A DNA stretch of 64,000 bases from Candidatus Latescibacterota bacterium. GTDB lineage: Bacteria > Latescibacterota > UBA2968. The notes beneath the pieces are model-generated. The model was not told the DNA's origin. It did no database searches and saw only the letters and a list, made by a program, of their open reading frames with translations. The first letter of the stretch is position 1. Each line of letters begins with the position of its first letter. The translations under genes were made by a program, and so were the position numbers. This document shows positions 18,380 to 30,340 of the stretch, piece after piece. Location: positions 2,592,001-2,656,000 of the forward strand of contig OZ242010.1 in NCBI GenBank assembly GCA_965204745.1, in the 5' to 3' direction.

Positions 18380-19681
18380 TCAATCCGCGATCCGCCTCTG
18401 CATGCACGCGGCAAAAACGCCATCATTGCCGGTTTGGTGGGGTAGCAGTTGGAGGTGGGGATGGGTGAGGTGAAAGTGTGGGTGGTCGCGCAAAAAGGCT
18501 TCGACAACGCGCTCGTTTTCTTCGGGTTCGAGGGTGCAGGTACTGTACACGAGGACGCCGCCCGGGGATACGAACTGGGTAGCGTGGGTGAGGAGGGTGC
18601 GTTGCAGGCGTGCGAGTTCCGGGATATCCGATGCCCGGCGGTGCCAGCGCAGGTCCGGATGGTGGCTGAGGATGCCCAAAGCAGAACAGGGCGCATCGAT
18701 GAGCACGCGGTCAAACAGGCGGTTGAGGGCCAAACGCCGCGCATCGGTTGCGATGGGATGGACGCAGGTGATGCCGAGCCGATGCACGTTTTGCTTCAGG
18801 ATGTCGAGCCGGGACCGAAAGCGGTCCGCGGCGAGGATAAAACCGCGATTTGCCATGCGTTCGGCCATGGCCATCGTTTTGCCGCCCGGCGCGCTACACA
18901 AATCGAGAATGGCCTCTCCGGGTTGCGGATCGAGCAGGGGAACGACCAGTGCCGCGCCCGCGCCTTGCACGCTGAACAGGCCATTGCAATACGCACGGGT
19001 TTGAAAGAGATGGCCCGCATGGGATACGGCGAGGAGATGGGGGCCGGCAACTCGCGCGTCAATCCCTTCAGCTACGAGGTGTTCGCGCAACGCATCGGCC
19101 GATGTTCGCAACGCATTGGGGCGGATGGTGAGGGCGGGTTGGGCATTGTTGCTTTCGCACAAGGCGTGCGTTTCATCCAGGCCATAGCGGTCGACCCAGC
19201 GTGCGACGAGCCACTGCGGATGGGATGTGGTGAGGGCGAGGTGTTGGATGGGGTCGATTTGGGGATCGGGAAAGACGATGGGGTTGCGGTTTTCAGCCAC
19301 GCCGCGCAAGACCGCATTGACCAACTTGGCGATGCGTGCGCCGAGGAGGTGACGGGCGAGGGTGACGGCTTCCGAGACGACCGCATACGCCGGCACGCGG
19401 TCGAGGTGCTGGAGTTGGTACGCGCCCAAGCGCAGGAGATTGCGTAATTTGGGATGCTGTTTGGACAGGGGTTTGGCGAGATAGGCCGCGAGGGCGTGAT
19501 CCAACCGCGCCCGATAGGTCAGCGTGCCCATCACGAGGTGGTGCAACAAATTGCCGTCGCGTGCGGGGAGTCGCCCGCGCTGCACGTCAATCAAACGATT
19601 CGCGTACGCGCCCCGTTCAACGCGGCAGAGAATATCGAGCGCGAGATGGCGCGGATTTTTGGACGCAACAGACAAATTCAC
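18380..19681 (-). CDS. rsmB: 16S rRNA m5C967 methyltransferase RsmB
   Basis: NusB-like N-terminus, DLCSAPGGKT, DAPCS, VYSTCT motifs. Confidence 0.93.
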   Translation of the reverse strand: MNLSVASKNPRHLALDILCRVERGAYANRLIDVQRGRLPARDGNLLHHLVMGTLTYRARLDHALAAYLAKPLSKQHPKLRNLLRLGAYQLQHLDRVPAYAVVSEAVTLARHLLGARIAKLVNAVLRGVAENRNPIVFPDPQIDPIQHLALTTSHPQWLVARWVDRYGLDETHALCESNNAQPALTIRPNALRTSADALREHLVAEGIDARVAGPHLLAVSHAGHLFQTRAYCNGLFSVQGAGAALVVPLLDPQPGEAILDLCSAPGGKTMAMAERMANRGFILAADRFRSRLDILKQNVHRLGITCVHPIATDARRLALNRLFDRVLIDAPCSALGILSHHPDLRWHRRASDIPELARLQRTLLTHATQFVSPGGVLVYSTCTLEPEENERVVEAFLRDHPHFHLTHPHLQLLPHQTGNDGVFAACMQRRIAD

Positions 19682-20994
19682 TTCCCGCTAAACGCCACAT
19701 TCTCAAACACCAATGTGGGCGTCCGCATGCTGGAATAGGCATTGGGATCATCGCCCACGGCAACGAGATTTTGCAGCAGGTCGAGGAAATTGCCCGCGAT
19801 GTTCATTTCGGACACGGGGCCTGTTTTCCTGCCGTTGGCAATGCGGAACCCACGAAACCCGTAAGAAAAATCCCCGGTCGTGGCGTCGGCATTGCCGCCG
19901 AGCCAAGACGTGACGTGAAAGCCGTTTGTCACCTGCGAGATCAGGGCGTGGAGGTCGTTGTCCCCGGGCGCGAAAACGAGGTTGGACGACGTGCCCGTCG
20001 TGGGTTGCCAGCCGAGTTTGCGCGCGTAATACGTGTCGATGTAATACGTTTGCAAAACGCCCTGATCGATGATGGGCACGCGCTTTGCCGAAATGCCTTC
20101 GCTGTCGTAATGCCGAGACGCAGGCCCGCGCACCAGCAGGGGATCGTCCGTCACGGTGAGGAGCGAACTGGCGATTTGCGCGTCTTTCTCGTCCGCTAAA
20201 AACGAGCGGTTCTGCTGGATGCTGCGCGCTTGCAACGCCCCCCAAATCGCGCTGATCAACCGGCCGCCGGCTTCGGGATCGACCACCATAGTGGCCCGCA
20301 CGCTCGGCACTTTTTCACTGCCCAACCGGGACAAGGCGCGGTGCAAGCCCTGTCGCGCAACGGTTTGGGGATCCGGCAAATCCGACAAATGGCGCGCCCG
20401 CACGTACCGGTGATCTTCCGGCCGGCCGTGCGCGCCCTCTTTGAGCGTCACACTCGCGCCATAGCCTATTGACGTGCCGCGTTGCGTGCCCGAAAATCCA
20501 TTTGAACTCGCCCGCGCTGACGTGTGCCAGCCATAGTACACATCGGCGGTCGCGCTGACCACGCGGTCGTCTGCGTGCGTGATGGCGTCCATTGTCTTGA
20601 GCCAATCCACACACGCTTCGCGGGGCAAATCGCGGATGGTGGGATCGTCCGATTGCAGATCGACATCCGGGCGATTTTCGTACAGCACGGGATCTGGAAT
20701 CACGCGAAAGGGATCCTCGGCCAAGTGCCGCGTGAGGGCCACCGCGTCGTCGACAAATCGGGCCACAGACTCAGGGCGCAAATCCGTGGTCTGATGCGTG
20801 GAATAACGCCCATCGACATACAACTGAATGCCCATGCCGCGACTCGCGCTCTGTTGCACTTGCTCGATGTTCCCGTCTCGATACGAGTATTCCGTGCTGT
20901 TTTCATCGCGCACCCGAGCCACCGCATCATCGGCCCCGGCCCTTCGCGCCTGCTCAACCGCCTGCTCCGCGCGTCTGAGAAGTTCCCGTTCCAT
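19678..20994 (-). CDS. TldD/PmbA-family peptidase (PmbA/TldE-like)
   Basis: DDP...YDSEG, GGNADATTGDFS, EMNIAGN motifs; no HExxxH. Confidence 0.88.
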   Translation of the reverse strand: MERELLRRAEQAVEQARRAGADDAVARVRDENSTEYSYRDGNIEQVQQSASRGMGIQLYVDGRYSTHQTTDLRPESVARFVDDAVALTRHLAEDPFRVIPDPVLYENRPDVDLQSDDPTIRDLPREACVDWLKTMDAITHADDRVVSATADVYYGWHTSARASSNGFSGTQRGTSIGYGASVTLKEGAHGRPEDHRYVRARHLSDLPDPQTVARQGLHRALSRLGSEKVPSVRATMVVDPEAGGRLISAIWGALQARSIQQNRSFLADEKDAQIASSLLTVTDDPLLVRGPASRHYDSEGISAKRVPIIDQGVLQTYYIDTYYARKLGWQPTTGTSSNLVFAPGDNDLHALISQVTNGFHVTSWLGGNADATTGDFSYGFRGFRIANGRKTGPVSEMNIAGNFLDLLQNLVAVGDDPNAYSSMRTPTLVFENVAFSGK

Positions 20995-21042
20995 AATATC
21001 CCTCTTGTAGCACATACATCGCCTTGGGGTGGCAGGGTGGGG

Positions 21043-21198
21043 ACTGACTACTGATAGTAGTCAGTTCCCCACCTGACCCCACCGCCCAAGTAGTCAGTGG
21101 TCAGTCCCCGCCCACTCCCCACCGCTGACAGTAGTCAGTCCCCACCTGACCCTACCGCCCAAGTAGTCAGTGGTCAGTCCCGCCCACTCCCCACCGCT
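21043..21198 (+). repeat. ~73-bp direct duplication built from GTGGTCA heptamers
   Basis: GTAGTCAGT..CCCCACCTGACCC.ACCGCCCAAGTAGTCAGTGGTCAGTCCC..GCCCACTCCCCACCGCT twice. Confidence 0.75.
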
Positions 21199-21382
21199 AT
21201 GTTCGTTAGAATTAGACAACTGACAATGCGAATTAAGAGTAGAAAGCGAGTAAGAAGCAAGCCGCGGTCAATCATCCAAAGACATGAACGAGTCATCCAT
21301 TATAGAATTGCCCTTGAACTTGTCTTAAAACGAACGATGGATGCCCCTCCTCCGGCTCTTTCCCGCAACGGAGAGATGTTAT

Positions 21383-21460
21383 TCCCCCTTGTATCTTCCT
21401 CGTAGGCACAGGCGTAGCCTACAACGAAGCGTAGCGAGTAACGGGGCTAGGGGGTAGGTC
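21383..21460 (-). repeat. Left half of the MITE-like element
   Basis: Reverse complement of 3106-3177, with an extra GTATCTT in the hairpin arm. Confidence 0.75.
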
Positions 21461-21527
21461 CCAATTCCAAAAAGTAAAGCCTGAGTTCCCTGTGAACCCG
21501 GGCTTTACTTTTTTTGTTTTTCGTCGT

Positions 21528-21717
21528 TCAGCCTGTCGAGCCAAAGTCGGCGACGAAGATGAGGAAATCGGAGAATCCAATCTCGCCATCGCCATCGCAC
21601 CGGGGGTCATATCGCTCCTGACCGAGCCGCGATCCGAACTTATCCGCAAAGGTCAAGAAGTCGGGCGAAATTCACATCGGCATCTTCATCTGTGGCGGTC
21701 AGGGAACAGGCTTTCAT
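21528..21717 (-). pseudogene. Frameshifted copy of the small dockerin-like ORF
   Basis: TTCGCCCGAC versus TTCGCCGAC in the two intact paralogs. Confidence 0.65.
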
Positions 21718-24700
21718 TGGAAGTGGGAGGCGGGATAGAGGCTTCGGATGTAGGGTTCAATTTCTTGAGCGGTCGTGCGCGTAGCAGTTGGCTCGATGAC
21801 GTTCCCTCTGAGGAGGGCCTCGTTCCGGAAGAAGAGGACGTATCGAATGATCAGGATTATATCCGAGAACAGCCTCACATCGCCATCGCCATCCACATCG
21901 AGAATGTTCTGATTGACCAACGTGTCGAGGTAGGGTTCAATTTCTTGAGCGGTCATGCGCGTGGCAGTTGGCTCGATGACGTTCCCTCTGAGGAGGGCCT
22001 CTTCCCGGAAGAAGAGGACATATCGAATGACCAGGATTATATCCGAGAACAATCTCACCCGGCCATCGCCATCCACATCCAAGTTGGCACTCGGGCTTTC
22101 GTCATCGATAATCGTCCCTGTGCCTTGCGCCGTGCTTATGGTCGCATTGGTCGCACTGCTCAGCGTCACGATCACGGTCTCGTTCGGCTCATCATCCGAG
22201 TCGTCGGTCACAGAAACAGGGATGGTCTGGATGGTATCGCCTACCGCGAAGGTCAGGGTCCCTGCGGTGAGCGCGGTGTAATCCGTCCCCGAAGTCGCGG
22301 TGCCCGTGCCCGCGTCTGCATACCCCACCGTCACTTGTAACGTGTTGTGCGCCGGGCTTAGGTACACCCGAAAGGTCAGGGTCGCGGTCGCGCCTTCAAT
22401 CACGCTTGGCGAACCGATACTCAGCGCAGGCATGCCATCGTCATCGATAATCGTCCCTGTGCCTTGCGCCGTGCTTATGATCGCATTGGTCGCACTGCTC
22501 AGCGTCACGATCACGGTCTCGTTCTGCTCATTATCCGTGTCGCCGGTCACAGTAACAGCGATGGTCTGGCTGGTCACGCCTGCCGCGAAGGTCAGGGTCC
22601 CTGCGGTGAGCGCGGTGTAGTCCGTCCCCGAAGTCGCGCTACCCGTGCCCGCGTCTGCATACGCCACCGTCACCGCCTTGCCGCTCCCCGCATTCAATCT
22701 AACGGTGAACGTCAGGGCAGTGCCCTCAACCGCACTCGGCGAACTGATCGAGAGCCTCGGCGGCGGGTCATCATCGGTGAGCGTCAAAGTTGTCCCGGTC
22801 ACCCTGCCCGAGACTTGGCTATTGTGCATCACAACGGGCATGGTCACGGGGCGATTAGGCTCGTCTTGGGTGTTGTTCACCGCGGTGATGACCACCGTAT
22901 CCGACGCGTTCGCGGTTTGCCCAGCCGGTATGGTGATCGTCGAATCCGCCGGCACCGTGTAAGCACCCGCCACAGGACGCACCGTGATCGTCGTCGCCGC
23001 GCTCAACGACCGTGCCAGCGTCGCGGTCACGGTACTCATCCCGCCGTTTTCCGAGATCGACGAGGGCGTCAGTGACAACGTCACGACCACGGGTTGGAGA
23101 TTAAATTGCACGGTGGTGTCCATGCCGGCATACTTCAAGGCCGGATACTGATTCGTCGCGCCAAAGTACCACGGATCGTCGTTGCCGGCTTGTCCGTCGA
23201 TGTTGGCGTTCCAACTGGAGTAGATGCCGATGTAGTCGTTGGGGCGCTGGAGGTCGGCGGTGGCGTAGCCCGTGCCGCCTGCGCTGGTGTTATGGTAGCT
23301 GAGGAAGGTGTCCCAGTAGCTGTTGGACACGCTGCCCGGGGAAACAACATTGCCTATTAGCCCACCGACATTGCTTCCTGTGCCGCTGACCCTGCCTGTG
23401 GAATACGAGTTTGTTATAGAACCGCCAAACCGAGCTCCCACCAGACCGCCAGTATTGCTCTCTCCGCTGAGGGAGGCATTGGAGTAGCTAGTGGAGATGG
23501 TTCCATTATACAGGTAGCCTACCAATCCGCCGCTGGAAGTGCCGGTGGCGCTGACCTTGCCTGTGGTGTAACAGGCGACGACTTCGCCGCGCATGGTGCC
23601 TACCAGAATGCCGACCCATTTCCACGCCGCAACGTCGCCATCGATTACGCCCAAGGATTCGATGCGGGAGGTGTTGGAGATTGCGCCGAACAGCCCGACG
23701 TCGGTGACGCCGCTACGGCTGATGAGCAGGTTGTGGATGGTAAAGCCGTTGCCCTTGAAATCGGCTGTGTAATTGTTGCCGGAGTCGTCGCCGATTGGCT
23801 CCCAGCCTTGGCCGCTGTTCCAGTAGGTGGCGTCTGCTGAGGTGATTGCGCCATCGTTGTTCTCGTCAAAGTCCAGGTCGCTGAGCAGTTCGTAGCCGGT
23901 GCAACCGGTGGCAGGGCAACCCTTTGAGACTGAAGCGTCGGGAAAGGCGGCGTTGTAGGCGGTTCTATCGTTGGCCGAGGCTCTTGCGTCTATGGCACCA
24001 TCGCCATCCAAATCCCAGCGCACGACGTTGAGTTGTGCCAAGGACGAGACCTCGATGAAGCCATCGCTATCCGTGTCGTAATGCCTGGGTTGGGCATCGA
24101 ACTGCGCCGTGGTGTCCATGTCGGCATACTTCAACACCGGATACTGATTCGTCGTGCCAAAGGTCCAGGGAGCATCATCGCTGGTCCCGATAGCATCTAT
24201 GGTCAGACCGTCCCAAATGTTATAGATGCCTGTCGCAGACGTGACCGATTGTAAGTCAACAGTCGGCTCGCCCTCTGGCATAGCCGTATCGGCATCGTCG
24301 GCAATGCCGCTTTCTTGTGTGTCCCAGTAGCTATCGACCACTGAACCAGCCGAAGTGCCCACCAAACCGCCTGTTGTGCCAGCACCCGTGACCCGCCCTA
24401 TCGAGTAGCTGGCGGTCACGCCACTGCCGCTCGCGAGTTCACCCACCAACCCGCCGCCCACCCCGCTACTGTGCCCCACGAACACCGGGCCCAGGGCATA
24501 AGACGCCACCACCTCGGTCTGAATTCTCAGCCAACCCACCAACCCGCCAACCTTCCCGTCACTCGTCACAGTCGCAGGAACGCTCACAGAGACGTTCGCG
24601 TAGCTACTCACAATGCGGTTGGTGCCCGAAGTGCGATAAGATTGACCGATCAAACCACCCACACCCCACTTCGACCCCGAAACGCTACCCGTCACATAAC

Positions 24701-27700
24701 ACGACGAGATGGTGCTCCCACCACCCTGAGCACCGGCCAGAGCACCCACGCGGTCATTGCCGGTCACATCCACATTCAACAACCCCAACCCCGAAACATT
24801 GCCCTCAACCGACTGGAACAATCCTGCATTATGCCGAGTCCCCCGGTCGATGAACAGGTGGGAGATCGTATTGTTGTTGCCTTGGAAAGTACCGGTGTAA
24901 GTCCCAGTAGGGTTCCAGCCTGCGCCGCTGTTCCAGTAGGTGGCGTCTGTTGCGGTGATCTCGCCATCGTTGTTCTCGTCAAAGTCCAGGTCGGCGAGCA
25001 GTTCGTAGCCGGTGCATCCCGAGAGGCAGCCCATGCGGGTGGCGGTGTCCCGGCTTGGAAAGGCGGTGTTGTAGGCGGTCGTATCGGCGGTCGTGGCAAA
25101 TGCGTCTATGGCCCCATCGCCGTTGAGATCCCAGCGGATGGCGTTGAGTTGCGCCAGCGTGGTGATAGCGATGAGGCCATCGCCATCGGTATCGTAATTG
25201 GTGAGACCTGGAGCGCGCATGACCTCGCCCGAGATTCCATCGCGCACACCGGTCTTGCTGGCAATGACGCGCACTGTGTAGGTCGTCCCCGACGTCAAGG
25301 GAATCTTGTAGCGCGTAGCCGTGGTGGTGGCCTCACGCGCGGCGGCGTAGCTTTGCACTCCGGATTTCCACTGCACGGTGTATCCCGTCGCTTGACTCGC
25401 CGCACGCCAGCCCACGTACAAGGTGTCCCCATTGGACGTCACTGCCACACCCGCCGGTATGCTCGGTTGCAACGCAAGTTGCGCGGTGGTATCCAGGCCG
25501 GCATACTTCAACACGGGGTACTGATTCGTCGCGCCAAAGTACCACGGATCGTCGTTGCCCGTTTGCCCATCCAGATTTTGGTTCCAGTTGGCGTAGATGC
25601 TACCGGTGGTATAGCCGGTGATGCTTTGGAGGGCACTGGTGGTTTGAGCGCCCGCGAAGAAGGAGGAGGTGCCAGCGGTGGTGCTCTGCCCGGAGGTTTG
25701 GGTGTCCCAGTAGCTGTTGGTCATCGGGGTGGCTGAACCCGTCTGTAGTCCCGCCAAGCCGCCGGTGAATGTGGTGCCGGTGGCGGTGTTGGAAACAGCG
25801 CCGATAGCATAGACAGCGCTTATCGAGTTCGCGTCAGTGACCTGCACTTGACCTATCAGACCGCCCGCTCTGACGCCGCTACCGCTACCAGAAACGGTCC
25901 CGGTTGCGTAGCTGGAGCGCAGGTATTCGCTACCACTGAGATTTACCTCCCCCATCAGGCCGCCCACTCTGAGGCTTAGGGCGTTGGTGGAACCGTTACC
26001 GGTGCCGTTCCCGGAAACGTTCCCGGTCGCGTAGTTGGCGTAGCTGGGACCTAAGATTCTCCCTATCAGGCCGCCCACTCTGCCTATGCCGTTCCCGGAA
26101 ACGTTCCCTGTCGCGTAGCTGACGCTGACCCGGCCCCAGGCCGTACCGGTCAGGCCACCGGCGGCGGTGCCGGTGCCGGTGCCGGTGACCGTGACCGTCC
26201 CAGTGGCGTAGGTGGAGTCGACGGTACCGGTGGTTTCCCCGATCAGGCCGCCGGCAGAAAGCGCTCCATTGTTCGTTCCGCTCACATTGCAGGTGGCGTA
26301 GCTGTCGCTGACGGGCGCAGTGGCGTAGCCCAACAGACAGCCGGCAGTGCCATTACTGGTACTGCTGGTGTTGTGGGTTACGGAGCCGCCAGCAACGTAG
26401 CTCCCGCGCACCGCGCCGCCACTGAGGCGACCCGCCAAGGCACCGGTTCGACCAATGTTGTTCGAACTGGCGGTGGAAGTGCGGGTGTTGGTGATATTCA
26501 CGTCCAACAAGCCCACATCTCTAATCGTGCCGGTGACATCGCCGAACAGACCGACGAAACCGCCGCCGGTGGCGGTGCTGGTGCTGTCAGCGATAAACAA
26601 GTTGGAAATGGTGTTGTCATTGCCGTCAAAGGTGGCAGAGAAGACGGTTGCAGCGCCGCTGGCCGCAACACCGATGGGCGTCCAGCCAGCGCCGCTGTTC
26701 CAGTAGGTGGCGTCTGCTGAGGTGATCTGGTCATCGTTGTTCTCGTCAAAGTCCAGGTTGTTCATCAACTCGTAGCCGGTGCAACCGCCGGTGGCCGGGC
26801 AACCCATCCGGCCGCTACTGGCGGTAATGTCGCCGCCGGGAAAGGCGTTAGCATAGGCGATGGTGTCGGCGTGGGTACCGGTGGGCAGGCCATCGCCGTT
26901 CAAGTCGTAGCGGATGGCATTTAACTGCAACAGGGAAGTCACGTCAATCAGGCCGTTGTTGTCGCTGTCGTGGTCAACTACCCGCTGGCTGGGGGTTCTC
27001 AGGGTTGGGTACTGGCTGGTGGTGCCGAAGTTCCACGGGTTGTCGGGTACGCGATCACCGTCCATATCTACGTTCCAGTTGGCGTAGATGCCGGTGTAGC
27101 CGGTGGGAGATTGGAGCGCGTTGGTGAGTTGTCCCGTGCCGGCGTCGCTGTTCCCCAAGTTGCTGGTTTGGGTGTCCCAGTAGCTAGCGATTGCGTTGGC
27201 CCCTATGGAGCCGCCTAACAGGCCGCCGACTTCGGCGCTCCCGCTGACTCTGCCGGTGGCGTAGGAGTTTGTTATAGAGCCGGCACGCTAAATCCCACAA
27301 GGCCGCCGACTTCGGTAGTTCCGCTGACGGATGCAGTGGAGTAGCTTGTGGTGATAGACCCTCGGTTCAGGTATCCGACCAATCCGCCGCTGCCGAAGCC
27401 GCGGGCGGTGACCGAGCCGGTGGTGTAACAGGCGACGACGGCGGCGCCGCGGTTATAGCCTACCAAGATGGCACTATTTTGCCTCCCCGTTATGGTGGCG
27501 TTGGTTACGCCTAGGGTTTCGACACGGCTACCGGATTCAATCTCGCCGAACAGCCCTATGTAGTTGGTGTTTTGGCGGTTGATGAACAGGTTGTCGATGG
27601 TGAAGCCGTTGCCTTTGAAATCGCCTGTGTACTTGTTGGAGTCGTTGCCGATGGGCTGCCAGCCGGAGCCGCTGTTCCAGTATGCGTCGGCGGAGTTGGC

Positions 27701-28009
27701 GGAGCCGCCGCCGTCGGTGTCTAAGTCAATGTTGGCGGTGAGTTCGTAGCCGGTGCAGGTGGAGGCGCAACCCATGGCCGAGGCGGCGTTGGGAAAGGCG
27801 TCGTTGTAGGCCACGGTATCCGCAGCGGCTACGGTACCATCGCCATTGAGGTCATAGCGAATGGCGTTGAGTTGGGCGTGGGTGGACACCTCAATGTAGT
27901 TGTCGTTGTCGGTGTCGTAGTCGGTTTGGGCAAAAGCCGGCCCCGATGCCACCAGCATGCCCAGCGCGATCAGGGCCAACAAGCGAGATCTGAAAATGGC
28001 GGGAATCAT
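21714..28009 (-). pseudogene. Giant GLUG/FnIII/Calx-beta adhesin-like gene (~2100 aa) split by a single frameshift at ~27285
   Basis: Signal peptide MIPAIFRS...AFAQ; ORFs 27272-28090 and 21714-27158 join after a 1-nt correction; collinear with the paralog at 35638-42015. Confidence 0.82.
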
Positions 28010-28088
28010 CTGAAGCCTCCGAAAAAAATATAACGAGTTGTGCAGGCAGGGCTTTTGCCTGCGGGAAAAAAATAACGACGGTGGATAC

Positions 28089-28118
28089 AAGTTAAGGTAC
28101 CATGTCGTTGCTTGTCAA
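28089..28118 (-). promoter_or_regulatory. Putative sigma70 promoter of the adhesin gene
   Basis: TTGACA-N18-TAACTT; conserved at 42282-42311 upstream of the paralog. Confidence 0.5.
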
Positions 28119-28136
28119 GGGGAATTGGGACCTATG

Positions 28137-28368
28137 GACCTACCCCCCTAGCCCCCCTTCCTCACAGGAAGGGGGGAATGGCGAGAGGTCTAGCGAGGGA
28201 TTGTGTGTAAGGGTTTTTGGATTTTCATGGCGTGATCCATTCGGTCAAAGCCATCAGAACAGCCATGGATGCAAACCTTTAAGAAAGCCATGCGCTCCCC
28301 CTTTCCTTGTAGGCACAGGCGTAGCCTACAATGAGCGAAGCGAATAACGGGGGCCGGGGGGATAGGGC
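28137..28368 (+). repeat. MITE-like element, followed by TAATCCGCG nonamer repeats to ~28440
   Basis: Same terminal repeats and internal sequence as 3106-3311. Confidence 0.8.
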
Positions 28369-28547
28369 TATGGTGGTAGGGTGGTGGGTGGTAATCCGCG
28401 CAATCCGCGTAATCCGTTTAATCCGCGATTCAGACACGGCAGGGTGGCGAGGTGAGGCCGCACGGGCAACGGGGTGGAGCGGATGGGCGCGCACGCACGG
28501 AATAAACCGCGCAATTCAGTTGCATGGCTCGTAAATGTCAACACAAC

Positions 28548-28943
28548 CTAGCTACCAAACCCGCCTTCGCGCGCTTGGCGTGCCATTTCCCTTGCGAGTT
28601 TGGGCGCGGGGTCTTCCCATCCTTCGGGCTTGAGTATCTTGCCATCTGCGCGGCGAATCGCTTTGCCATTCACCACCTTTTGCATGTTCGCGCTGTGGAC
28701 AATCTCAAAAAGCGGGTCGAGATTGACGCCGTTTCGCACGGCAAAATCGCAGATGTAGTAAATGGCGTCCACGAGTGCGTCTGCTTGTTCCACAACGGTT
28801 TGCGCGGCCGCCAATTCGTCGAGTTCATCATCGACCATCTGTCGGATAAACGCAATGCCCTGTTCTGTCATGTGTTGCGGACGCGCTGGCAGGTCGTCGT
28901 TGCAAGCCATTGTGAAGTGGCGCACCTGAGCGGTGTATCCCAT
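28548..28943 (-). CDS. MazG-like/PRA-PH NTP pyrophosphohydrolase
   Basis: DELDEL...DALVDAIY...VHSANMQK...DGKILKPEGW motifs. Confidence 0.85.
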   Translation of the reverse strand: MGYTAQVRHFTMACNDDLPARPQHMTEQGIAFIRQMVDDELDELAAAQTVVEQADALVDAIYYICDFAVRNGVNLDPLFEIVHSANMQKVVNGKAIRRADGKILKPEGWEDPAPKLAREMARQAREGGFGS

Positions 28944-28952
28944 GCGGCCTCC

Positions 28953-30026
28953 TCATGCGATAGTCACATCGGGACAGAGATAAACGTCTTGAATGTCGTT
29001 GAGCAACTGGATCCCCTCGCGCATGGGGCGTTGAAATGCCTTGCGCCCCGAGATGAGGCCCGTGCCGCCCGCGCGTTTGTTGATCACCGCCGTGCGAACC
29101 GCTTCGGCGTAGTCACTCGCGCCCGAAGACGCGCCGCCGGAGTTGATCAGCCCGGCTTTGCCCATGTAGCAGTTGACGACTTGGTAGCGGCACAGGTCTA
29201 TGGGGTGATCGGACGTGAGGTCCGTATAGACTTTGTCGTGCGTGCGCCCAAAGTTCAAGGCTGTGTACCCACCGTTGTCGGTCGGCAATTTTTGTTTGAT
29301 GATGTCCGCGCCAATGGTGACGCCGAGGTGGTTGGCCTGACCGGTCAGGTCCGCGGCTTCGTGGTAATCCACCTCTTCGGTCGCAAATGCCGCGTTCCGC
29401 AAATAGCACCACAGCACGGTGAACATTCCCAAGTCGTGGGCGCGGGCAAAGGCTTCGCTGATTTCGACGATTTGTCGGTTGGATTCTGCCGATCCAAAAT
29501 AGATCGTGGCACCCACGCCGGCACATCCCATTTCCCACGCTTGTTCGACTTGCCCAAAGATGACTTGGTCGTATTGAGGGGGATAGGTGAGCAACTGGTT
29601 GTGGTTGAATTTGAGGATGAAGGGGATTTTGTGGGCGTATTTGCGCGCCACCATTCCCAGAACGCCCAAGGTGGTTGCCACGGCATTGCACCCTCCGTCA
29701 ATGGCGAGTTTGACGATGTTTGCCGGGTCAAAGTAGATGGGGTTGGGCGCGAAGGACGCACCGCCGGAATGCTCGATGCCCTGATCGATAGGGAGGATGG
29801 AAACGTAGCCCGTGCCCGCGAGCCGGCCCGCGCTGTACAGGCGTTGCAAGTTGTTGAGCACGGGAATGGCGCGGTCAGAATCCGCAAACACCCGGTCGAT
29901 GAAGTCCGAACCCGGCAACGCGAGCAAGTCCTTAGGGACCACTGCGTTGTGTGTGAGCAAATCGTCGGCGTCATCGCCGAGGTAGTCTGCGATTTTGCCA
30001 ATGCCATTTTGAACATCAACTGCCAT
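28953..30026 (-). CDS. fbaB: Class I fructose-bisphosphate aldolase
   Basis: [27 protein letters not shown] motifs. Confidence 0.95.
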   Translation of the reverse strand: MAVDVQNGIGKIADYLGDDADDLLTHNAVVPKDLLALPGSDFIDRVFADSDRAIPVLNNLQRLYSAGRLAGTGYVSILPIDQGIEHSGGASFAPNPIYFDPANIVKLAIDGGCNAVATTLGVLGMVARKYAHKIPFILKFNHNQLLTYPPQYDQVIFGQVEQAWEMGCAGVGATIYFGSAESNRQIVEISEAFARAHDLGMFTVLWCYLRNAAFATEEVDYHEAADLTGQANHLGVTIGADIIKQKLPTDNGGYTALNFGRTHDKVYTDLTSDHPIDLCRYQVVNCYMGKAGLINSGGASSGASDYAEAVRTAVINKRAGGTGLISGRKAFQRPMREGIQLLNDIQDVYLCPDVTIA

Positions 30027-30157
30027 GAGAGAACTCCTTTTGACTAGAGGGTTGTCAGGTTGAGGCAACCGAGAGGCCGATGAAGCGTCTATTACCCATG
30101 AACGGCTACAACTGCGAGCGAAAAAGATACATGCGGACGGGTTGCTTGTCAATGCGT

Positions 30158-30224
30158 GAGTGGTCAGTGGTCAGTAGTCAGTGGTCAGCGGTCAGTGGTC
30201 AGTGGTCAGTGGTCAGTGGTCAGT
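30158..30224 (+). repeat. (GTGGTCA)n heptamer array
   Basis: About 9 units. Confidence 0.9.
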
Positions 30225-30340
30225 AGGTTGTGTTGATATTTACGAGCCATGCAACGGCTTGAGCGGTTTATCGAGAAAATCAAGCCCTATCGCAGAATAT
30301 GCTCTCGGTTTGAGAAACTGGAATAGTCGCTCCTTATCGG

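Noticed and set aside
17961-18407. Short ORFs in repeat-rich intergenic regions (also 3157-3471, 21097-21405, 30181-30384, 42305-43010, 55552-55919)
   Set aside because: Translations are repeat-derived (SGQWSVV, IRVIRLIRDSD, PLAP) with no RBS or recognisable domain
28030-28075. c-di-GMP-I riboswitch suggested by GGCAAAAGCC
   Set aside because: No GAAA tetraloop/receptor or second stem; too short
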